A stretch of DNA of 51,040 nucleotides from IMG/VR virus record IMGVR_UViG_3300020410_000017, positions 1-51,040 of that record; one strand, 5' to 3'. This stretch comes from a virus (taxonomy: Duplodnaviria; Caudoviricetes). Below, in pieces: positions 45,108-51,040 of this stretch. The notes beneath the pieces are model-generated. The model was not told the DNA's origin, did no database searches, and saw only the letters and a program-made list of their open reading frames with translations. A program made the translations under genes and the position numbers. The stretch's first letter is position 1. Every line of letters begins with the position of its first letter.

Positions 45108-45131
45108 AAAAAAACTTTTAAAAAGGGGGGT
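45108..45131. repeat. Polarised junction motif copy
   Basis: AAAAAAACTTTTAAAAAGGGGGGT. Confidence 0.8.
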
Positions 45132-45370
45132 CAGTCTATAAAATTTGCCCAGTGCTTAATGTTTTCAACCAGGTACCGGATTTCTTGTATGTATATGGAA
45201 CGCATCCGCTCATCTTGCTGGGACTCTGCTTTTGCGAGCAGCTTGCGAAGCGCACTGGCCATTATTTCCTGAAAGTTTACAAACGCCATTTGTACGTTTT
45301 TGTCTTCGCATGGGAACCCAGGATAGCGCTCGACTCGATCAATCAAATTCATTACGTCATTTTTTTTCAT
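45131..45370 (-). CDS. Hypothetical protein
   Basis: GGAG RBS; ATGA-coupled. Confidence 0.6.
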   Translation of the reverse strand: MKKNDVMNLIDRVERYPGFPCEDKNVQMAFVNFQEIMASALRKLLAKAESQQDERMRSIYIQEIRYLVENIKHWANFID

Positions 45371-45636
45371 TGTGTCTCCAGGATGCCGCCAGAAATTTTT
45401 ACTTTTTGAGTCGGTGGAAAATCTTGCGTAACATGCTCCTGCCATGTTTCAATCGTGCATTTCGCACATAAAAAATGAAGCATTAGATCGTCCATCGACA
45501 GGTCGGGTTTTTGGTTGTGGTGTTTTAAGAAAGCAATATAGGCTGAAACTTCTTCTTTTGCTCTGCCCCAGGCCTCGTCAATGGTTGCCCCAGCCCCCCA
45601 GACGTTCATATCTCTCGTGTCGTAAACTGCAAACAT
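45367..45636 (-). CDS. Hypothetical protein
   Basis: 89 aa; FAVYD....VWGAG.T..EAW motif. Confidence 0.65.
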   Translation of the reverse strand: MFAVYDTRDMNVWGAGATIDEAWGRAKEEVSAYIAFLKHHNQKPDLSMDDLMLHFLCAKCTIETWQEHVTQDFPPTQKVKISGGILETQ

Positions 45637-45652
45637 TTCCTGTCCCTTTTTT

Positions 45653-46081
45653 TTAGGAAACTTTTAAAAGAGGGGGCCTTATGCCGCGCTCAAGGCCCTC
45701 CAAGAAAAGCTCCATTTGTTCGGTGTTAAATTTAAACCAACCTTTTGATTCGGTTAGGTTCCAGACCCAAAATTTCTTGCAGCCCTGTGTGTAGCAAACG
45801 ATCCATGCTTTACACCCTAGGGCGTCGGCCACATGACGCGCTGTGCGGCCTTGTACGTCTTTTTTTTCGTATCGGTGGATGATGGCATCCAGATAGGGCT
45901 CTGTCGGCGGCCAGTCTGCCAGGGTGATTTCTAGCACCCCTACCGGAACCAGCTCTCCATCAATCAATCGCCATTCCACTAAATCAACGTCAGACGCCAG
46001 CAAGCGGCGACCGAGGGTGCGGTGCCACTGCTGGAATTCTTTTGCACGGTCCTGAGTTTCTGGGCGGTTAATTTTTTTCAT
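45653..46081 (-). CDS. Hypothetical protein, possible PD-(D/E)XK-like nuclease fold
   Basis: WHRTL....SDVDLVE...GVLEIT pattern; canonical Lys absent. Confidence 0.5.
   Translation of the reverse strand: MKKINRPETQDRAKEFQQWHRTLGRRLLASDVDLVEWRLIDGELVPVGVLEITLADWPPTEPYLDAIIHRYEKKDVQGRTARHVADALGCKAWIVCYTQGCKKFWVWNLTESKGWFKFNTEQMELFLEGLERGIRPPLLKVS
45657..45676. repeat. Polarised junction motif copy overlapping a gene end
   Basis: GAAACTTTTAAAAGAGGGGG encodes the PPLLKVS C-terminus. Confidence 0.8.
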
Positions 46082-46253
46082 TTTTACCCTTAGCTTTTTT
46101 AAAGATTTCAGCATCGGTTTTATATTTAAAATCGGCCACTGGTGCGTAGTATCTATCGCCTGCGGTATCGGTTAGAATCTTATAAACCGTATACCCACCA
46201 GGCCCAAAGCTTGTGTCGTGATCGTTTTTATGGCGGGTTTCGTATTTGATCAT
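46068..46253 (-). CDS. Hypothetical protein
   Basis: 61 aa; coupled ORF. Confidence 0.55.
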   Translation of the reverse strand: MIKYETRHKNDHDTSFGPGGYTVYKILTDTAGDRYYAPVADFKYKTDAEIFKKAKGKNEKN

Positions 46254-46624
46254 ATAATCGCCACCAGGCCCAATGCCTCAGCGGCCTCGGATGCGCATAT
46301 GGCATTAAAAAGATCTTCATCGGTCTTCACGTCATCGTATTTTTTAAGGTCTGCGATTGAAAATTTTTCATAAAGGGGGGTCATGCAGAACCCATCTTTA
46401 TGCTTGAAAAGGCCATAGGTGACGCTTCGCACGCCCAGACCGGAAGTGTCACGCCATGCCCGAAGATGGGCTACCAATTCTTCATCGTCGCAGGGCTCAA
46501 AGGCAAAGTCTGGTATGCCCACACAGCCGCGCACGATAACCCAGCCCAAGTCATCGACCTCAACCGAGTCCATGTTTGGCGTGCGCCACCGAAGGCCCGT
46601 CCATTCTGCAAACTCTAACCCCAT
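46250..46624 (-). CDS. Hypothetical protein
   Basis: Start uncertain within ORF 46250-46681. Confidence 0.55.
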   Translation of the reverse strand: MGLEFAEWTGLRWRTPNMDSVEVDDLGWVIVRGCVGIPDFAFEPCDDEELVAHLRAWRDTSGLGVRSVTYGLFKHKDGFCMTPLYEKFSIADLKKYDDVKTDEDLFNAICASEAAEALGLVAII

Positions 46625-47448
46625 CGGCTCTTGTCCATGCATTTTTTTATTTTTTGAATAACAGTGTCCGGCTTGGCGCAAACGTCAGGCTCGTGATCGA
46701 TGGCGCTCCAAACCTCATACTGTCGACCCCAATCGCCGTAAGGGAAAGTGCAATGGCCACGCGAGCCCCAATTGTACCCCCATGAATTTCGTATCTGAAA
46801 GCCGTGAAGATCCCAGCCAACAACGGCCATGGCATGGCCGCCCATCTTTTTGTAACCCTGCTCTTTGATCCACATGCGTGAAGGTATGATATATTTTTGG
46901 TGCTCTACGGTTGACGATCCGGTCCACGGTTTTGCATAAACCGGCACCACGATAACACATGGGCCATTAAGGTAAATTGCGCGTTTGGTATCCTGAACAG
47001 TCGTACACTTCGCGAAGCCTTGAATGCGATAAAACTCGGCTTCTTTTTTTAGCTCCGAAGCCATCTTTTTTAGCCCGATGGGCGGTGTGTCTTTCCCTTG
47101 ACGGTAAGGATACGACTTTTCCAGCGGTGCGCCATGTACACGCAAAAATTTCAGGGCATTGCGAACATTCATGCCACGCCCAGATCGGTTTTTTGGGCGG
47201 CAGTCGTAAATAAACTGTGGGCTCAGATAACCTTTATCCAGCAAATGTTTAAGGTTGTTTCGCTCTTGCATCGCCGCAAGGGACTGGGCCACGCATGACC
47301 CTTGTGGCCCCTGGTTGCGGATTCCAAACATATCCTCCCTTAAAGAAAAACTTTCAGGAAGGGGGGGCCTTGTTGCCACTGCTTGATCAAAAAGAAGATC
47401 GCGTTCATCGTAGGGCGATGCCGCGATCATAAAATCTGGATTTTTCAA
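46615..47448 (-). CDS. Papain-like (C1A) cysteine protease
   Basis: NQGPQGSC, LSPQFIY, GGHAM.VVGWD, IRNSWG..WG.RG; catalytic Q/C/H/N present. Confidence 0.9.
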   Translation of the reverse strand: MKNPDFMIAASPYDERDLLFDQAVATRPPLPESFSLREDMFGIRNQGPQGSCVAQSLAAMQERNNLKHLLDKGYLSPQFIYDCRPKNRSGRGMNVRNALKFLRVHGAPLEKSYPYRQGKDTPPIGLKKMASELKKEAEFYRIQGFAKCTTVQDTKRAIYLNGPCVIVVPVYAKPWTGSSTVEHQKYIIPSRMWIKEQGYKKMGGHAMAVVGWDLHGFQIRNSWGYNWGSRGHCTFPYGDWGRQYEVWSAIDHEPDVCAKPDTVIQKIKKCMDKSRWG

Positions 47449-47759
47449 CTTATCACCATATATTCTTCAAGGGCATCAACCGCAAAAACTTCGTCAATCC
47501 CAAGCTTCTTTGTGGCAAATCCCAGTCGTTTATCAAACTCTTTTTCGGCTCCCGAATCTTTGTCGTCATGGGAAAAGACAACAACTTCATTGAACAGCCC
47601 TTCATCGTTCATCTTGCAAAGATGAAAAAGTTCCACGGCTGAATCAAAACTTTCTTTAAGGTAGCCCTCTTTTTCTTCTTCGGGCAAACTTTCGTAAAGT
47701 TTGAAAAATGGGCCAAAAACTTCTTCTGCGTCAACTTTCTCTAAGATCTTTAAAATCAT
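47445..47759 (-). CDS. Hypothetical acidic protein
   Basis: AGGGAG RBS before ATG 47759. Confidence 0.6.
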   Translation of the reverse strand: MILKILEKVDAEEVFGPFFKLYESLPEEEKEGYLKESFDSAVELFHLCKMNDEGLFNEVVVFSHDDKDSGAEKEFDKRLGFATKKLGIDEVFAVDALEEYMVIS

Positions 47760-47828
47760 AACTAACTCCCTTTGCTTGTTAAGGATCACGCTTGCACGTT
47801 GCGCCATGCATGTAAAGGCAATATCAAC

Positions 47829-47854
47829 AAAAAAAACTTTTAAAAGAGGGGGTC
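47829..47854. repeat. Polarised junction motif copy
   Basis: AAAAAAAACTTTTAAAAGAGGGGGTC, directly after the stop of 47855-48124. Confidence 0.85.
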
Positions 47855-48124
47855 TTAAAGTTTTCTGCTTACGCCTAAAATTTTGTTAGCGGGCACAAAA
47901 ACAAATTCGCCAATTTCATCTTCGTGGGATCCATGTTCTTCGACAAAAATGCAATCCTCAGACTTAACAAGAATGACCGATCCTTGCTCCCCCCAATCCC
48001 AGCCGTTTGATTTGATTATGGTGATTAAAAACATTGTTTGAAGTTGTGAATTTGAATATCGCCCAGAAATTCGTCCTGCAATGGTTCCTGGAATCGGGTG
48101 AATACGTTCGATGAATTTGTTCAT
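47855..48124 (-). CDS. Hypothetical protein
   Basis: 89 aa; ATGA-coupled. Confidence 0.55.
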   Translation of the reverse strand: MNKFIERIHPIPGTIAGRISGRYSNSQLQTMFLITIIKSNGWDWGEQGSVILVKSEDCIFVEEHGSHEDEIGEFVFVPANKILGVSRKL

Positions 48125-48474
48125 GCCAGAACCTCTTTTTTTGATTCAATCAAGCTTTTTTTCAAAACTTTTTCTATGCCAGCGACAAGCAACCAAGCCT
48201 TGAAGTCGTCCACAAGGTGGCGAGCGTTTTGACGGCAAGATACGCGCATCTGGCCCCATCGACGATAGCAATTGAAGACCATGGATTCGTTATCCGCTAA
48301 AACGAACGTCCAACTTTCATTTTCGTATCCGCTATCGATTTCCATGGGGAACCCAGGGCCAGCATCAAATGTTTGAATCACAAGGTCCAGGTTCTCATCT
48401 AAGAGCCCTGCGAAACTGGTGTGATCAATATCGGCATCGTTATCAAGTTTGAATTGGAGGTTTTTGTAGGTCAT
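48121..48474 (-). CDS. Hypothetical protein
   Basis: 117 aa; GAGG RBS. Confidence 0.65.
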   Translation of the reverse strand: MTYKNLQFKLDNDADIDHTSFAGLLDENLDLVIQTFDAGPGFPMEIDSGYENESWTFVLADNESMVFNCYRRWGQMRVSCRQNARHLVDDFKAWLLVAGIEKVLKKSLIESKKEVLA

Positions 48475-48680
48475 GGCATCACCTCTCCGGTCTCACAGAT
48501 CACCCAGCCATTGGGCCCCCATGTTGATGGTGGTTGTTTGTCGCGCTCCCAGGTCCCAATAATTTTTGCGCCACGAGAGCATGATTTCAAATGGCGCTGG
48601 GCCTCTTTTTTGCTGGAGGCGGTCTTGACGTGCACATAGGTGATTCCGCTGATTTCATAAAAAGTATGGTATTGTTGCAT
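48471..48680 (-). CDS. Hypothetical protein
   Basis: 69 aa; GGAGAAAAACACCATG start context. Confidence 0.65.
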   Translation of the reverse strand: MQQYHTFYEISGITYVHVKTASSKKEAQRHLKSCSRGAKIIGTWERDKQPPSTWGPNGWVICETGEVMP

Positions 48681-48695
48681 GGTGTTTTTCTCCTT

Positions 48696-48947
48696 TTACT
48701 GGGTGACTTTATGGGTAACTCTGAGTATTTTTGAATCTGGATAAGCGTTGATGCATTGCTCTTTTGCGTGCTCTATATCTTCGGCTTGGCAATGAAAAAC
48801 ATGGTGTGGCAAGCCTGGCTCGCTATATTCAACAACATAGGGCAATAGCGCTTTTTTTGTGTTTCGGGATTCAATATCCTTCGAGGGGTCTTCTTCGTCG
48901 CCGCCATTAAGATAGTCATAGTTTTTGTTCCATCGATCTTTGTTCAT
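48696..48947 (-). CDS. Conserved hypothetical phage protein
   Basis: F.CQAED.EHA.EQC.NAYP motif; GGAGAAAAACACCATG start context. Confidence 0.7.
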   Translation of the reverse strand: MNKDRWNKNYDYLNGGDEEDPSKDIESRNTKKALLPYVVEYSEPGLPHHVFHCQAEDIEHAKEQCINAYPDSKILRVTHKVTQ

Positions 48948-48964
48948 GGTGTTTTTCTCCCTTT

Positions 48965-48988
48965 GAAAAAACTTTTAAAAGAGGGGGT
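48965..48988. repeat. Polarised junction motif copy overlapping a stop codon
   Basis: GAAAAAACTTTTAAAAGAGGGGGT supplies the stop of 48975-49337. Confidence 0.85.
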
Positions 48989-49337
48989 TGTGCAAAATAT
49001 CATTTTTGATGGCGGCAAGGGCGTCGGTTGCAACACCTTCCCAATACACCCCACTTTTAAACGGGCCTAGTAGGTCGGAGGGCTTTGCCGATTCGATAAC
49101 TGGGGCAAGATCGCCCACATAGGTGCGGGCTCCTCTTATCATTTCTTTATAGGCTGTTTTTTTGTGATCGTGGCCGAACGGTATTTTACCGCGCAGTGTT
49201 AGCTGTTCATCGCGGCTTTCGTTTTTAATAACTATCCGAATGCTAACGGCAGACCCCTCGACTTTGGTGCGCACATCAAATCCAGCCATTTTATAGATCC
49301 GTCCAAGAACTTCGTTTTTTGCTTTTAGTTTATTCAC
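48975..49337 (-). CDS. Hypothetical protein
   Basis: 120 aa; AGGAG RBS; GTG start. Confidence 0.6.
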   Translation of the reverse strand: MNKLKAKNEVLGRIYKMAGFDVRTKVEGSAVSIRIVIKNESRDEQLTLRGKIPFGHDHKKTAYKEMIRGARTYVGDLAPVIESAKPSDLLGPFKSGVYWEGVATDALAAIKNDILHNPLF

Positions 49338-49467
49338 ATTTGGCTCCTTTTTTCTTCGCGTTTTTTTCGCCGTTGATAACTCGCTCTAACAGTTCTTGGC
49401 CGCCCTGCTCCCATAGCATTAACGCAGTTCGGAGGGCTTCTCTCAGTTCTTTATTCTCTTTTTTCAT
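49330..49467 (-). CDS. Small hypothetical protein (not in ORF track)
   Basis: MKKENKELREALRTALMLWEQGG...CE*, 45 aa; ATGA-coupled; fills the gap. Confidence 0.5.
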   Translation of the reverse strand: MKKENKELREALRTALMLWEQGGQELLERVINGEKNAKKKGAKCE

Positions 49468-49760
49468 GATACTACCCCAATCGGCAATCCATTCCCCAGG
49501 TGTTTTTGCATTATGACGTTTGATGAAAATTCCGGCCCTTCGATTTTCTCAAAAGACCATTTGTCGGCGCTCAGACTAAAAAACAATTCAACAATTCCAT
49601 CGTGGCACCAAACTTGTGCAACACCCAAATTATCATCACGCAAATGAAATGCCTTCAAACCCCAAAAAAACGTCGGGTCATTAATCCACTTTTCGGCAAA
49701 CCTTTGAAGGCTTTCGATTTTTTTAGGGTCTTGAGTTACTAATTTCGAGAATGTTGGCAT
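49464..49760 (-). CDS. Hypothetical protein
   Basis: 98 aa ORF. Confidence 0.6.
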   Translation of the reverse strand: MPTFSKLVTQDPKKIESLQRFAEKWINDPTFFWGLKAFHLRDDNLGVAQVWCHDGIVELFFSLSADKWSFEKIEGPEFSSNVIMQKHLGNGLPIGVVS

Positions 49761-49764
49761 GACG

Positions 49765-49899
49765 CTACCCCTTTACCGCTAAATCGTGATCGCTCAACCA
49801 GGACTCCACATCGGCGCGAGTTTGCTGCACGGTCAAAACAGATTCATTCCACATAATAAAATAGGCTTGATTTACTTTTGAATATTTGATGCTGATCAT
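49765..49899 (-). CDS. Small hypothetical protein (not in ORF track)
   Basis: MISIKYSKVNQAYFIMWNESVL...*, 44 aa; AGGGG RBS. Confidence 0.55.
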   Translation of the reverse strand: MISIKYSKVNQAYFIMWNESVLTVQQTRADVESWLSDHDLAVKG

Positions 49900-49986
49900 A
49901 ACTAACCCCTTTGCACTAATGCTTGAATAGCGGTGCCGATATCGGCCACTAATGCGGCCAGTGTGTTTTTGATTTCGATGAAAAGT

Positions 49987-50205
49987 TTATGCATTTGATG
50001 GCCCAATTGCGCGAAAAGATTTGCCCGCTTTGGTCAATTCGAGCATTGCTCTGCTATTCCATCTTACAAGCCCCATTGCGCCAAGCACATTGGCGTCATC
50101 CCAACGCCTTGGGCCAAAAAGCCGACTTAGCTGTTTTAATGGCAGCGGAATTTCTGGGCTGGCTTGCATGCTTTCTAGTAGGTATTTTTGACGTTTATTT
50201 AGCAT
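49987..50205 (-). CDS. Hypothetical protein, possible winged-helix
   Basis: 72 aa; L..MGLV......ELTKAGK; GGAG RBS. Confidence 0.6.
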   Translation of the reverse strand: MLNKRQKYLLESMQASPEIPLPLKQLSRLFGPRRWDDANVLGAMGLVRWNSRAMLELTKAGKSFRAIGPSNA

Positions 50206-50232
50206 TGTATTTTTCTCCCTTTTGAAAAAATT

Positions 50233-50523
50233 TTACTCGCTCAAGGCTTCATATTTAGTGAGCCAAACATATTTGACTTTGATCCCGTTAAAATCCCTGT
50301 CTCCAATTTCTTGAAAAAATTCCACATGGTTTTCGCTGGCGTCGAAAATAGATCTCGCCAGCCATGAAGATTGCCTAGCTTTTTTTGCCGTTACCTCCGA
50401 AGACCTTGTTTGTTCATTGGTCTGGGCTTGTGCCACAATTTTTCCCTGGTCAAGATAGGCTTTGCGCCACGTTGTTTTGATTGATGTGTTTTTGCTTAAT
50501 ACGTTTTTCAATGCTTTGATCAT
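50233..50523 (-). CDS. Hypothetical protein
   Basis: 96 aa; GGAGAAAAACACCATG start context. Confidence 0.65.
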   Translation of the reverse strand: MIKALKNVLSKNTSIKTTWRKAYLDQGKIVAQAQTNEQTRSSEVTAKKARQSSWLARSIFDASENHVEFFQEIGDRDFNGIKVKYVWLTKYEALSE

Positions 50524-50539
50524 GGTGTTTTTCTCCGTT

Positions 50540-50564
50540 GAAAAAACTCTTAAAAGAGGGGGGT
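50540..50564. repeat. Polarised junction motif copy
   Basis: GAAAAAACTCTTAAAAGAGGGGGGT. Confidence 0.8.
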
Positions 50565-50574
50565 TGTCGGTCTG

Positions 50575-50838
50575 TTAATCAACTGGTTGCTCGTTTTTCC
50601 CCTCGGGCAGCCAACCGCTACTCATATCATGCCCCCACTTCTCCCCAAGGCTATTGTGGAGCTTGGCAAAGGCTTGATGAACAGCAATTCTAAAATGGGG
50701 CGGCGGTGTTTTTGATTTTTTCCGAGCGTTACTAGCGCCAAAAGCAAAGTCATTTTCAATTTCATGATATGCTCTCTCCAGGGCCCCAAGGGCTATTGCT
50801 CGGGCTAATTCTTTGGGTGTTTGGTCATCGTATTTCAT
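50575..50838 (-). CDS. Hypothetical protein
   Basis: ATG 50838 after CGGAG RBS. Confidence 0.65.
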   Translation of the reverse strand: MKYDDQTPKELARAIALGALERAYHEIENDFAFGASNARKKSKTPPPHFRIAVHQAFAKLHNSLGEKWGHDMSSGWLPEGKNEQPVD

Positions 50839-50840
50839 TT

Positions 50841-50925
50841 TGATCTCCGTTTTTTTAGGGTGTAAGGATCTTTTACTAAGCCTTTTGGGCAGGTGCAACA
50901 AAAAAGAGCATAAAGGCAAAAATAA
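50841..50925 (-). promoter_or_regulatory. Promoter-like block, duplicate of 878-965 (TTGCAC-N17-TAAAAG)
   Basis: Shared upstream T-tract, TTGCA box and RBS context. Confidence 0.55.
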
Positions 50926-51040
50926 CTAATAGGCACATGCTTCCCCCTTTGGTCGGGTGATAATGGTTTGGGCTTCCCCATCGCGCTGGCCGTGGTCTTT
51001 AACCGTGGCCTTTAAAACGCCGTTAAAATCCTTAGTGAAC
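50899..51040. repeat. Terminal direct repeat, right copy
   Basis: Matches 1-142 with two substitutions. Confidence 0.95.

Noticed and set aside
45108-50564. Integron attC cassette array
   Set aside because: The motif lacks RYYYAAC/GTTRRRY boxes and the long imperfect palindrome, and no integron integrase is present.

Overview
This window looks like a complete tailed-phage genome of about 50.9 kb (siphovirus-like Caudoviricetes), circular or circularly permuted: bases 1-142 recur at 50899-51040. Organisation: (i) a non-coding control region at ~880-2240 with GATCCAC iterons, an IHF site and a dense cluster of sigma54 (-24/-12) motifs; (ii) a visibly GC-rich island of four small + strand genes (2240-4157); (iii) an accessory block with a Cys-rich/vWA lipoprotein; (iv) packaging, head, tail and lysis genes (7701-32052, +); (v) recombination/replication genes (32085-41148, +): YqaJ exonuclease, RecT-like annealase, SF2 helicase, AEP/DUF927 primase-helicase, SSB, DNA methyltransferase, RuvC-like nuclease; (vi) a - strand array of small genes (41140-50838, continuing into 28-876) with a FliA-like sigma factor, a papain-like protease and a degenerate AcrIII-1/DUF1874-like protein, punctuated by a polarised AAAAACTTTTAAAAGRGGGGG motif. 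I recognised no integrase, repressor, canonical tRNA or CRISPR array. A Myxococcota/deltaproteobacterial host is inferred only, from the lipoprotein repeat type. The best candidates for new biology are the head-to-head sigma54 site array (possible holoenzyme decoy), the polarised junction motif, the catalytically degenerate AcrIII-1-like protein and a split prohead protease carrying cargo domains. All family assignments come from motif recognition by eye; no database searches were run.
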